NCBI GenBank assembly: GCA_964019425.1
Contig: OZ025781.1
Span: forward strand, 1,612,001 to 1,676,000
Direction of reading: 5' to 3'
DNA: 64,000 nt
DNA from: Flectonema sp. DT1601
Taxonomy: Eukaryota
Below are positions 9,050-22,306 of the stretch, piece by piece. The position numbers and the translations under genes were made by a program. The notes beneath the pieces are model-generated. The model saw only the letters and a list, made by a program, of their open reading frames with translations. It did no database searches and had not been told where the DNA came from. Position 1 is the stretch's first letter. Every line of letters starts with the position of its first letter.

Positions 9050-10285
9050 TTTGAAGTACAAAATAGTTCCGTGAATCAGGATGGAAGAAAAAAAAAAAAA
9101 AACTTTTTTTTTTCCTCTGTATATTTGCGACCAACTCTGTTGAGACTTTTCCGTTGTCGATCAGCAGAGTGATAGAAGGCAACGATCTACTCTCTTGGGA
9201 GAGATATGTTTGTCTGTTGTGACTTTTCTTGAAGACGAACTATAAAGAGACTTCTGCTTTTACATAGTTTTCAGAAAGACACTCCGTTTCTTCTGACAAG
9301 ATTCTGTTTTATTTTCTTTTTTCTTTTTTTCCACAATTCTCTTTGGCTTTCTTTGCCAGAGTTCTCACGCACAACTCTATGTTATAGCTACCTGGTTCTC
9401 AAAGTGTCTACCAACTTAGTATTCACTGGTTTGTTAGACTCGTTAACAACGAACTTAGATATGAAACTCAATTACTCTATTTAATTATAAATGGTCAACT
9501 CAATAGACTAGCCAATAGAATAAGTTATATCAAAACGATGCGTTTTAAATAACTTTTTTATCTTATTAAATATTTATTATTTTTTTTTTTTTTTGATTTA
9601 ATTCCCACCTGACTATGTAAGAAGACACAATTGTTTGTTTGATGTACTGGGCGATCGATTTATTGATTTAACTCGTAGAAGGATGATGTCATTCAGCAAT
9701 TTGTGTTAACGAATGTTACAGTAGCAGATTCTGTTGCAAAATTTAGACTTTGACAAAATAACAACTTACGCACACAGGCGTTAGTTGGACCAATTTTTTT
9801 TTTTTTTTTTTTTTTTTCCTTCAGAAATATGTAGTTAAACCTTTTTAAACCTTTTTCATCATAGGATAGTAAAAATTTAGTTTTCACACAACGAAAAAAA
9901 AAAAAAAAAAAGAAAACACGATCAAAAAACCTGCAGCACGTATTAAACGTACACTGCCACTGACGTTATTAGTTTCTTTTTGTTCTTCAATCCTTTTTTT
10001 TAAGTGCTTTGGCTACTGCGAAGTGGCTGCGATTGGTCAGTTCACGATTTCACCCAGAAGACTGTTGTAGTATTGCAACGGGTTGTTGATACTCTGCAGA
10101 CTTTATTTGTCTTTGTGAGCGCAATTGAATATCTCTATTTCTCCTTTCTATTCCCCTTTTGTTTTTACTTCTCTTTCTTTGCTTTGTTTTTGCTTTAGCT
10201 ACTTCGACTGTGGCTAAAGCTAAAGCGATACGTTTGTTTTGGGCTAGTTGACGAAATGTTTTTCAACAGCAGGCTCTGCTTGGAT

Positions 10286-10518
10286 TAGGAAGAAAACATC
10301 GAAGGATCAAAAAAAAAAAAAAAAAAGCAACGTCGCTATGAACTCTTGGCTACCACAAGTCGTGGTAATTCTTCTTTCACCTCTCGGCTTCATCCCTAAC
10401 GTGAAGCGAGACCAAAGGATCGTTAGGCCATGTTTTCACACCGTGGATCGGTACTATCGAGAAAGCTTTTACCCTTATGCTCTACGTGAGATTTCTGTTC
10501 TCACTGAGCTCGCCTAAG
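10286..10518 (-). pseudogene. Degenerate LSU rRNA fragment (domain V), antisense to the gene array
   Basis: Plus strand matches the reverse complement of LSU: ACATCGAAGGATCA(n)GCAACGTCGCTATGAAC, CCACAAG, AAAGGATCGTTAGGCCATG, AGCTTTTACCCT, GAGATTTCTGTTCTC, TGAGCTC. Has internal deletions. Confidence 0.85.
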
Positions 10519-11098
10519 TTAACTTTTACCCTTATACTGAGCGAAGCAACGCCTTATCTGTTGACATTTCAGTAACATGCTAACATGCTATGTGTTGAAT
10601 CTCCTCCTTTTAGGTGGACTAAAAACTTGCGATAATAACGAAAAATCACTAAACAGAAATCTTATACAGTAAATATTTTTTAAACGGGTTTGGAATCCAC
10701 AGTGTGAATGCATCGCATTGTTGAATTATAAAAGCTCGTTTTACAACTCAAATATCTGTCTTGTCTGTTTTTCTTTTTTTTTTTTCTTCTTCTTCTTTTT
10801 CTTTTTCTGCCACTTCTGACAAACAGAAACAGAAACAAAGAAAAAAAAAAGAACGACAGGCAGGCAGTTACAACTCAAATCAATTCTGTGTCTGCATATA
10901 ATACGTGAAAAAAAAAAAAAAAATTGCGATCACATTTTAAAGTTTGTATTTGATGTGTAACAAAATGTCATTATTAAACTTTATCCTTAACAGCACAATA
11001 GACACCTACGTAATGGATTTGGAGAAAGGTTTATATTTGGTGGAATCAAACGTTAGTTGCATACCAATCATTATTAATTATCCTTAACAGCAATAGTA

Positions 11099-11962
11099 AT
11101 GTCTACTACCAGAAAGGGAGATAAGTTCCTAAATCCTGATGACGTTACCCTGCACTGCACTGACTTTGTATACGATGCCCATGCAGCAGATGTAGAGAAA
11201 GAGATTCATTTTAGTGAGATTGAACTAGGTGATGCCGGACAAGACGCTAATAAGAATGAAATTTGGTGGGAAAAACATTATACTCAAAGTGGTAGTCATT
11301 TTCCAATAAAAAACTATTTAGTAAAAGCGTTCCCTGAATTGCTTACAGGGAAAGACGAGAAGAATGTTTTAGAATGTGGCTGCGGTACTGGAAGCGCTGT
11401 CCTACCTGTTGTGAACATAAGAAAAAACGATCATTTCTTCGCATTCGATATCAGTAAAACAGCCGTAGCCAGATTGAAATCTAATGAAAAGTATGCAGAA
11501 CATGTTGCCTTTGTGTGGGATTGCACGTTACCTCTTGAGATTAAATTACCAAAACTTGACCATATTCTGTTAGTGTTCGTGCTATCAGCAGTTCATCCGA
11601 ATGCAATGCAGCGCGTGTTACAAGTTTTAGCAGACTTACTCTCACCAGGAGGTACGATATTATTCAGGGACTATGGAATGTATGATGATAGTCAGTTGAG
11701 ATTCCACAGAAAACACATCCAAGCAGGAAAATCAATTCAAAAGACAGCTGAAGACAAAATGACTTATCTACGAGGTGATGGAACTCATTCTTACTTCTAC
11801 ACTACTGAAGAAGCTTCCTCCATGGCTACTAAATGTGGTCTTACTGTTGTTAACTGTGACTACCATTGCAACGAATTATATAATCGAAAAGATGGAACTC
11901 GCATGAGAAAAGTATTTGTCAACGCAGTTTTTCAAAAGGAAGACGACAAAGAAACCTCATAA
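11099..11962 (+). CDS. tRNA 3-methylcytidine methyltransferase, METTL2/METTL6/Trm140 family
   Basis: WEKHY...HFPIKNYLVKAFPEL, SAM motif LECGCGTG, FVLSAVHP, PGGTILFRDYGMYD, YLRGDGTHSYFY. Confidence 0.9.
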   Translation: MSTTRKGDKFLNPDDVTLHCTDFVYDAHAADVEKEIHFSEIELGDAGQDANKNEIWWEKHYTQSGSHFPIKNYLVKAFPELLTGKDEKNVLECGCGTGSAVLPVVNIRKNDHFFAFDISKTAVARLKSNEKYAEHVAFVWDCTLPLEIKLPKLDHILLVFVLSAVHPNAMQRVLQVLADLLSPGGTILFRDYGMYDDSQLRFHRKHIQAGKSIQKTAEDKMTYLRGDGTHSYFYTTEEASSMATKCGLTVVNCDYHCNELYNRKDGTRMRKVFVNAVFQKEDDKETS

Positions 11963-12241
11963 TAGTTTTGATGAATTATATTTATTGTATTAAAGAGTTG
12001 TTTATCGTAGCATCTGTGACAGTCTATCATTGTTATTTTATTTATGTTACGAACACCCAGCACATGGCAATACCGCTTGCTAACCTTTAGTTGCCATACC
12101 TTTGTGCTGGCTGTGTATTATGTGTTATTTGATTAGTAGGGGTTGTTTTATTTTTATTTTTATTTTTATTATTATTGTTTTTTTTTTATTTTAAAAAGTT
12201 TAAAAGGAAGGATAATAATAATAAGTTTTAAAAAAAAAAAC

Positions 12242-13129
12242 ATGACTGTTGTTATATCGAACCAAAAACCCTTTGCTGAGGTGTACAAACGCAGTGAACT
12301 GTCATTGTTAGCAGCGACTAGAGATGAAGATGAAGTTAGAGAAGAAATTAGTAAGGCGAATGGAGAGGGTGCAACCAGCCTACGAATCGCTAATTTCGAA
12401 GAATTGACTAAAATACCTGACGAGATTGGTGAGCTGACCAGGGTTTACAAAATTCAAATCGACAACAATTACGTCTTAACTAAGATGCCATCGACTATAT
12501 GTAACCTCTCAGAACGGCTTGAAGAGCTGAACCTCAGCTACAACTCCATTGAGGAACTTCCATTAGAAATCTGCCAACTAAAGTACCTCCAGAGGTTAAA
12601 TATTTCAAACAATAAGCTCCGCTACATGCCAACAGACGTTGACCAATTGCATTACCTCGAAGAGCTTTGCATTGATAATAATTTTATAACTGCTTTTCCT
12701 CCTAACTTGGGATACATGAAAAAGTTGAGAAGGTTTTTCATATCAAATAATCCGTTAGTCGACGAGGATGATGTTCCGTATCAACCATACCACCCTCCAA
12801 CAGTCACTGAGTGTGATTTGTGTAAGGCTCAGCTGAATTCAAAAAGTACTCTCATTGGTATGTACATAAGTTGTTGTTTATGTTCTCTGTCAGTTTTATA
12901 ACAAAAATTAACAAAAAAAAAATAGCCATGAACTTTATTGATCTTTGTATGAACAAGAATGTTCCTATTGCGTATTTCTTATGCAGGTATGTGTAGTTTT
13001 TATTTTCTGTTGTTGTTTTTTTGTTATTGTGATATAATAACAATTACAAACCACAGCAACCGATGCGAAGTAATCGTAAACGAGCTTCGTGACTCAGAAC
13101 AGACAAACTATAGAGTGTTGCAGTACTAG
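12242..13129 (+). CDS. Small LRR protein with C-terminal Cys motifs (LRRC58/69-like architecture); introns 12858-12925 and 12987-13056
   Basis: LxxLxLxxNxL repeats. Splicing restores ...CDLC...VPIAYFLCSNRC...LQY*. Start taken at ATG 12242. Confidence 0.8.
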
Positions 13130-13621
13130 CGAATCAAATCATTGAAAGCTTTGACCCGATCTTATTGATGATTCAGAGGTACTTGAAAAAGGAGAGTCGC
13201 TTGCATTCGCTCCGATTCCCTTCGGTGTTGCTTTTTTTTTGCCTTCTTTTATTAGTTGCCAGTCTGTTGCTTTAAGTCGGCTTCAGTTTCTACTGATAGC
13301 TGTGTGCCACTAATTGTAGTTGTGTTGGTTTTATATTATATCCAACCATCTTTTTTTTTTTCCATTTACACCAGTTCTTTAGTCCTTACTTCTCTCTCAA
13401 TCACTTGTCAGCTTTAGTCCATTTGGCGACCTGTACAACGATAACAATATCGGCTGCTCGCCTTTTCCTTTCTACTGATTTGACTCATAACAGTACAGGT
13501 TTGTGTCATATTTCTCTTAAAAACAGGTGATAAAAAAGACATCTAGTCTGTTTGACAAAAGTGAATTAATATCTTTGAAGATTTTGCTAATATTTAATTT
13601 CACTTAACAGGTCCCAGCTCC

Positions 13622-16600
13622 ATGGTGGGGACATCAAGGGAACGATCGCCAATTCGGCAACGGCGATTGGGCGGCTTGGCAATTACTCCGCGTGCTGTTA
13701 TTTCTCCGAATGCGAGACTTGGACCCCCAGCAATGACACCTCCAACACTACCAACTGCCAGGCAGCAGGTAACTGTCGACGCGATGGCTCTCAAAGCTTT
13801 AGAAGAGAACATCAGACCTGTTGTGGATGCCTTGGCAGCTGCGGAAGTGGAAAACCAGAGATTAGAAAGTGCTCTTCAGACATCTGCGAGGGAGGGCGAC
13901 CGCGTGAAACGCAGCGCAGAACTAACTGCAGCTGCGGAGCGCGCAGAGAGGCTGCACGCTGGGACTGTTCATGCCACGGAATTGTCAGCAATTAGACGAG
14001 AGATTGACGACTCTCACATAGCAAACAGGCAACTTCACATTCACGTTGGTGAACTCGAGAGTAGAATAGCTGCTCTTTTGAAAGAAAATGAAGAACTTCA
14101 ACACACCACAACTTTCCTTCACGCAGAAGCTGACAGAGCTGGAGCAGAGACTAGTGATATGATCACACGTAATAATGCTTTGAGAGATTCACTGGCTCTA
14201 ACTGTAGCGGAATTGAATGCACACATTCAACAAGCAAATGATGGGCATTCTATCACTGACTTGAGAATAAGAGACCTTGAAACAGAACTTGAAGGTAAGA
14301 ACTATCAGGGAATGGAACTTGGTAGATTACAAATGCTGTTGGAAGAAACGCAAAAATCTCTACAACAATTCGATCACGTAAATCAAGGGTTGTCTAATTC
14401 TGTAATGAGATTAGCTGCTTTTAGAAGTTGTGCAACACATCGAGACTACCTCAACAGCCGTTTAGAAACCCTCCGATCATCTTACTGGAAGTGGATGCTA
14501 TTATGGATGGAACGTTGTGGTTCATCATCACATGATCTCCGTAATAAAGTTTTTATCCTTGAACGTCAACTATCTGGATCTAAGCGTTATGCGGGACTCG
14601 AACTTGACGACATTAAGGATGAGTTTATTAATATGCATCAACGTCTCTCTGATGATTTATTAAACATGTGGAAGAATCTCAAACACGAAGTACAACAAGA
14701 ACTAATCTTGTGTCATGGAATGCGAAGCAAACCGAGTGCGAGTTACAATTGGAAGCAGTCTGCAACTGATGGTTTGTTAGTTTATTTTCTTTTATAGTTT
14801 AAAAAAAATTATATTTTTTGATTGAAATAATGTTTATAAAATAAACCAACACAGGATTACAATCCTTATCAATGGAAGTTGATGAAGCTAATCAAAGACT
14901 CCTTGATAGTCACAACAGTGGTATGAACAGATTGAGAAGAGAAATTGCTGATGAACTCCGCAGGTTGGGATCTGAACACGCATCAGACTCAGGCAGAAGT
15001 GACCGTCGGTTAAAACTGATTGAAGAACTGCAAACAAAGAACAACAACCTTGAAGAGGAACTGCTATCAATGACTAGAGACAGAGACCGTAAGAATCAAT
15101 TGTTAGAAGAGCTTCAGGGTCGACTATCTTCAGCAGACGACGAACTCGCTGGCTCTGAGGGATGGCGGATGGACAAACAACGCCGCCTTCGTCAAAATGA
15201 AGACTTACAAGCCAGACTTGCTGATCTTGAGTCCGAATTACACGCAAAATCAGGTGAACTACAAACAGCAGAGGGCTGGAGACGTGAACGTGATCGCAAA
15301 CTTCAACTAATTGAAGAACAACAGTCGATCATAAGGGAATTAGAAGCTAACTTGGCATCGCGAAACGACGAGCTATCCAACTCAGACGCACTAAAACGAG
15401 ACCGAGACCGCAGAAATAAGATCCTTGAAGACCTACAGTCGAGAATCAACGACTTAGAAGAAGAGCTTCATCAAAAGAATCAGGAACTTGGTCAGTCAGA
15501 AAACCTGAGAAGAAAAGCAAGGCAGTTTGATGAACTACAGGTCCGCGTTCAAACACTAGAAGAAGAGCTCCAGCTGCGAGACGATGAACTTCAAGCGGTT
15601 GAAGGTCTTCGTAGAGATAAGGAAAGACACAGACGACAGTTAGAAGAGTTAAACAAGAGAATCTCAGAACTTGAAGAAGAATTACAAATAAAGACTGAAG
15701 AAAACGCAGCCATGGACCTCTGGAAACGCGACAAAGAACGCCGCAACAAACTCGTCGAAGAATTACAAGACAGAATCTCTGAACTCGAAGACGAACTTGC
15801 TCAACGGAATCTAGAACTTACAGGATTCGAAGGTTGGAAACGAGAACGTGAACGCCGTATAAAAACTATCGAAGAGCTGCAGGCTCAAGTACACGATCTG
15901 GAAGAGAGTCTTGATCAAAAAACTGAGGAACTGAAATCATCAGACAACTGGAAACGTGATTTAAATCGCAAAACCCGCCTCGCTGAAGACCTAACAATTC
16001 GCATCTCTGAACTTGAGGATGAAATCCACGCCCAAGAAACTTGGAAACGAGAGAACGACCGAAAGGTTAAACAAGTTGATGACATGGCTAAGCGTATTAA
16101 AGATCTTGAAGAGGAATTGTTAGACAAGTCCGACAACCTCAAAAACACCGAAACTTGGAAACGCGAACAAGAACGTCGTCTCAAACAGTACGACGACATG
16201 ACGAAACGTCTCAAAGAACTCGAAGATGAGTTGGCAGAAAAAGATGATGAACTCCACGGTACCGACAACCTCAAGAGAGAGAGTGAACGCAGACTTAAAC
16301 AGGTAAGTTTAAAAATATCATTTATTTATGTTTATCAGGTAATAATTGTTACTGATTCCTACTTAAAACTAATAAAACAGATTGAAGAACTAACAATCAA
16401 AACAACTACTCTCGAGGAACGTATTCAGGATATGAATGATGATTCCGATGGTTGGAAACGTGAACGAGAACGCATGCAATCAAGATTAGATAACTTAACT
16501 AATGATTTAAATACGAAGACTGACGAGTTGTTGAATGGAGAAATACAACTTCGTGACAGCGATCGTAAATCGAAAGACTTAAAGATTCAACTCACAGATC

Positions 16601-19461
16601 TGAAGAGTGAATGGCAAGCATGTCAGGACGAATTAGTACAAGTCGACGCCAGCAAACGTGAATACGAAAGACGACTAAAGTCTTACGAAGAACAACTTGA
16701 AAGACAAAGGGCAGAAATCAGCCGTCTTCAAGATGAGCTTCTCAATAACAACAGCGAGCTGTCGACTGCTGAAGGACTGAGAAGGGAAATTGAGCGAAAG
16801 ACTAAATTAAATGATGAACTCCAATCGACAATTGATGACCTTCAAGGACAAATGATTGCAAAAGACGGAACCATCGACAAGGCAGAAACCTGGAAACGTG
16901 AAAAGGAACGCCAACTTAAGATCCTTCAAGACGAGAAAGAACGATTAGATAATCGTGTCAATGATTTAGTAAGTCAGTTAGAAGAGGCTATGAGTACTGG
17001 AGCAGCAAACCGTGAAGCAGAAAGAGATCGCAAGAAGCGGATTGATGACGAGTTAGACGAACTACGAAATGACAAAATTCGACTTGAAAACCAACTCGCA
17101 GACTTTCAAAGAACTCACAAAGACCTCCAGTTGGAGAAGTCTCGCATTGATACTTTAGTAATTAACCTTCAAAAGCAACTCGACGAAGGACTTGATGCCA
17201 ATTCAATGGAGAGAAAACTAAATGCTTTACGTAAAAAGGCGGATCAAGACGCAGAACGTTTTAAAGAAGAGATCGAGAGACTCAACAAAGAACTAACAGC
17301 GAAACTCGCAGAACTCGCACAAGAAGAAGAGAAGAATGCGAATTTAGAAAGAGAACGTCGTCGATCAAAAGATGAAAGTGACATTCTAAACGAAGAAGTA
17401 AGCCGCTTGAAACGTGAGTTGGAACGTGGAGGTCTCTCACTTCAAGACTTAACGAGAGAGTTAGAAGCTGATAAAGGACGCCTATTTGAGAAATTGCAAG
17501 CATCGCAAGACTCTTGTGAAAAACTAGAAAAAGAGAAAGCTGCTCTACAAAAACAATTAGATGACTTCGAGCACATCCAACAACGGGATAAGAATGAAAG
17601 AGATCGACTACAAGGTAGACTCGATGAATTAGAATCTGAAAAACGTGGCGATCGCACAAACTCACAAAAACAAATTGCGCAATTGCAAGAAGAACTTGAT
17701 TCTAAGAACGACCAGGTAACAAAGCTTCAGAGAACAATAAAACAACTTGAAGATAAGATAGCAGACCTAACAAAGCAACTCGAAGACGGTCTCACAGCAG
17801 CTGAACAAGACGTTAAGCGAGAGCTACAGAACTACCGTGACGAGCTCTCAAACTGCAAGGCCGAAAATGAGGATCTTCGAGATGAGATCGAAAAACTTAA
17901 AAAGAAACTCGAAAAGGAAGCTGACAAGCGTAATACTGAAGAGCAACAATACGAAAGTGAACTCGCTCGACTACAGGGTAAATTAAAACGTGCCGACGAA
18001 GACCACCAAGACGAGTTGGACAAACTCCGAGCAGCCCTTAACGAACTTCAAAAAGATTACGATCGACTGATGGAAGATGGTGGCGACCACCAGAAGGAAC
18101 TTCGCAAACTCCGCATCAGCCTCAAAGATGCGGAAGAAGAAATCGAAAACCTGAAAAAGAAACTCAGCAAGGAGACAGCTAAACGTAAATCCGATGATGA
18201 AGAGCACCAGGAGGAGCTGCAGAGGCTCATTGCTGAACACCAAAGTGAACTCGAAAAGATAACTTCTGCTCAAGGTATGAGTGAAGAAGACGCTCAGAAA
18301 ACAATTGCTAGCTTAAGAAGTGAGAAGAGGAAACTTGAACGAGACCTGAAGAACAGCAACAGATTGAACGAAGATCTTGCGAAGCATCTCAACACAGCTA
18401 ATGAAGAAGCGGAGAAGAAACGTAAAGAAGTTGGACAGCTAAGAGAAGAGTTAGAGAACTTGAAAGACCAACTGAGTGAAGCCCTTCAGAAAATAAAAGA
18501 TCTCGAGAGGCAAGTCAATGAAGGCGACAGGCGAGTAAAGTTCGCAGATGACAAAAGACTTGAAATGGAACAATCGCTACTCGACAAAGTGAAGGGAAGT
18601 GACGACGAAATGACCAGCCTGAGAAATCGTTTACGAGACACACTCAATGAACTTGCTGATAATAAGAGAGACCACGCTGTAAAAGAAGCAAGACTAGCCG
18701 CAATAGAAGATCAGTATGAGCATGCGTTCTTTGTAGTTCAGAGTAGATCACAGTTAATAAACATGTTTTATAAAATATTTATGGGCATGAAAGAGATCCT
18801 CCGTTCCTTCAGAGAGTTGAGCGGTACTATAAAAGAAGACACTCGACCTGACTCAAGGTCTGTAGCCGGAGGTAAGGTATTATCGACAATTATAAACGAA
18901 ACAATGTCTCAAGGTAAAGTACTTATTTGTGACTTCTTTACGAAGCCTGAGAAGCTGCATTTAGGACTGTCTCCCAACCTCTACCCACCTTCTACAAAAG
19001 CTTTAGAACCATTTGATGTAAATGCTGGTTTCTTACCTGATCACCACGGAGTTGATTCTTCATTCGCTGGTAAAAGTATCTTCGACAGATCTCCTGGACA
19101 GACACCACCTGACAAGTCTCTCGACTCATCCATGCCAAGCTCTCCAGCCGCCTCTTCATCTTCACCTAATGTCCGAACGATAAAAACACTTAAGGCTGTG
19201 GTATGGAATTTTTTGCCTTTTTTTGTTATTATATTTACCTTCAGATCTCTTGAGAATGACAAAAAAAAAACAAAAAAACAACTACAGCCACACGCATTGA
19301 GACTCGCCAAGAACTTAGGTCGTAAAAGTTCTGGAGGGAAGCCTTCGCAGGTATGTGATATTTATTTACCACGCAGTTAGTCTTGTATTGTAATTTATGA
19401 AAGTGAGTATCTTTGGACAAGATTTTCGCGTCAACAGAGACCTGAGTTTTCCTGTACTTAA
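13622..19461 (+). CDS. Giant coiled-coil (cytoskeletal-type) protein, ~1830 aa; introns 14772-14854, 16303-16380, 19201-19287, probably 19351-19437
   Basis: ORFs 13622 and 14872 join in frame across a GT-AG intron. Two in-frame AT-rich inserts have GT...CAG borders. Recurrent (E)GWKRE.ERR repeats. Last exon uncertain. Confidence 0.8.
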
Positions 19462-22306
19462 AGCGCACATTACTTAGATTGTTATTACATACAACGTGGA
19501 GAGACTTCCTTCAATCGTAAAAGTATTTCTGACCTGTCCGTGATTGTTGTTTTCCTTCGCAGCTGGTCTCCTGTTTTATTTTCTGTACTCTTTTGATATG
19601 ATATTCTATTCTCTTCTCTGGGAACGACGGCTCAAAGCCTTGACTGTCATTCTCTAACCTAGCATATCGAGTTAGGTCAATTACAGCTATTTTTTATAAA
19701 CAACTTACAACCACTGTAAGAACCCCCGAAATAACGAGTACAAATTTTCGCTGTCTTTTCAAAAAGAGAAAAGGTACCCCCCCTATGTAACTACCTGTGC
19801 TTTGTTGCACATCCATTAGAACTAGTACTGATTGTGGAGAAGGCGGTACTGATGGTCGAGTACGACACTAACTCGCGTTCCAGGCCCAGCCTCCGCACAG
19901 CTCACCGGAGCTGTTCCTTCGCCAAACACGCTGTCCACTCCTGTAGTACGACAGTTATTAATGAATGGTGTTGGTGCCACTTATCAGCGCCAATTTGAAG
20001 GATGACAATCTCTTGCTTCTCCAGCCAGATTCACTGTGTGAAGTTTATCGCGCTTCGGATCATCACACTCGGGAGCAGGGTAATGTCACAGAGAAGTGTA
20101 AGTTCCTTTGTATTTCGGCAAAGCGACACACACTGACGATGTATTAACATTTACTTTGCAATCCGAAATATTTCCCAAGTTGATTTTGTTCAGCTTAGGC
20201 AAATAGAAAATTTACCATTTTTTTTAATGAAAAAGCTATTGCGGCGCAAAACACGTCAGGAACATAAAAGACATCTCAATAGTACCTCTCCTGTGAAATC
20301 GTTGTACTCAGAAAAAAAAAACTTTTTTTTTTTTTTTTTTTAGACTAATATATCATCTCTGGTGGTATAAAAATTAATAATAAAAAAACAGCCATTATTC
20401 AAAGTCCAAGTTCCTATAAAACATGGCAAAGAGACCTAGGATGTGACACAACCAGAAGCGGGTGATTTATACAGAAGGCTCTGGGTTGTATAGCTGCTTG
20501 ACAAAAAAAAAAAAAAAAAAAAGAAAAAAAAACGAGTAAACCGAAAAAAAAAAAAAAAAAAAGAAAAACAAGGAAAAAGAACCCATTCGACCGTTGCCAA
20601 GATCTCAAGGAGAAAGTGAGTGTAGATTTTTGTAGTTATTTATTTTTAACGAAACTGGGGGTCCTGTCAGCGGATAACTTTACACAGCTGTATTACTACT
20701 CTCTGCAAGCTCACAACAATATTTTGATAAGTTATATTATCTGTACTGAGGTGTGCACAATTGCAGAACTAGGTTAATGCATTTTTTTAACACACATTCT
20801 TCTGCATACTTTTCTTGTAAAAAGTACGCAGAATGAAGAAACGATGAGTAGAAGGCACTTTGTTGAGTATTTGTTGAGGTAGTTTTTTTTTTTTCTCTTC
20901 TTTTTTTAAATTTAAAAAAGCCTCTTGCCGCATTAAAGTATTTTATTTCGTTTCTTTCCTGAAGAACCATCTAATAGTTTGATTGATTTACTGTCCCCAG
21001 TTGTATTGTCGCCACTCCTTCAGTTGGAATTGTGCACATGCTTGTTACTTTTTTTTCTTTGCGATCCTTTTTGCTCTTTTTCCTTTCCAGTGGGTATCCC
21101 GCTGGAAAGTGATTGCCACAGTGACAGCAACAAGGTATCTACTTGCTTCTTGGGATAGGGAGATCCACAGAATATCAGGAAAAAAAGAGAAGAAAAAAAA
21201 AAAAAAACCTTACTTCTTGGCGACTCCTCAGAGACTTCTAGGGTGGTAACTATCTGTTCTTTTTGATAGCCTATTAGCTACCTTATTTTGTGTCACTACA
21301 CGCCAATGAAACCCTTTTTACGGTTTTCTTTCGTTTTTTTTCATTCAAACTCATCTATGTACATAATATCTTCCGAAAGCCAACATTTTAAAGTGTTGAG
21401 TTAGTAGAAGTGTCAGCTTTAGCAGCTGTCACCCAACTTTGGCGGATTATAAGCCAATTGGTGTTCAACTTCTTATTCTTTTTAATTGCCGTAAAATATT
21501 TTGAAAAAAAAAAAAAAAAAGCAAAAAAGTGTTTAGCAGTCAGTACCGCTTTTCGAGGAAATAGTTTTTTAAAAAAAAAAAAGCAAATATGTGTGTAGAT
21601 TTTTTTTATCTTATTTTTTTGTATCTTAGAAAAATTGTTTTTTTTTTTTTTTCCCGTTCTATTTTTTTTTTTTTTTTTTACACAGCTTCCTTGTTTATTA
21701 TTATTTTATTTTATTTATTTTTTTTTTTTTTTTCCCTGCGTGGGCAAATCTTGTCAATAAAAAAAAAAACGAAAAGAAAACAAAGAAAACCTGACTTTCC
21801 TACCGTTTTGTTGTTACATCTTCCAGTTTGTGACAGATTTCTCTTTTTTTTTTATGAATCTCGCAGGATCACCCGAGGCGTTTCTTTTATTTCACTTTGG
21901 ACACTACCAGACTTTACGACATGATTCTCATTTTTCTTATTGTCTTTGTTATAATTTATTACTATGCCCGGCAGTCTCTTAAGGGAATCACAGAAGCAGT
22001 TTTAGAAAATTTATGGTGTGCGCTAACCTGTACTCCTGGTCCACACCAGCTTTTGGTTTTACCTTTGGGAAAATAAATGAAAAAAAAAAAAAACAAGATC
22101 TCACCTCGGCCCTCGTTATGTTTGTACGACGTGTGTATTAAAATGCTTGAAAGTCACTCGTAGTAAAGTTTTAACGTGATAATTATTTCTGTAGGTTTTC
22201 AGTAGTACGCTTGTGTCGTATTGAGGTAAGTTACATTATTATAATTATATTTGCATAGTAACATATTAGATTAATCATCATCTCTACAAAGGTACGATCT
22301 AATTTA

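Noticed and set aside
9100..9700. Minus-strand gene using TAA/TAG as Gln (alternative code)
   Set aside because: Stop density is about what AT-rich noncoding DNA gives, no recognisable protein results, and real genes here end in TAA, TAG and TGA.
15915..18273. Minus-strand ORFs opposite long genes
   Set aside because: Antisense shadows of the + strand coding frame.
19820..20150. GC-richer patch (similar one at 37130-37410) as a gene or retroelement remnant
   Set aside because: Frames are short or interrupted with no recognisable motif; needs a similarity search.
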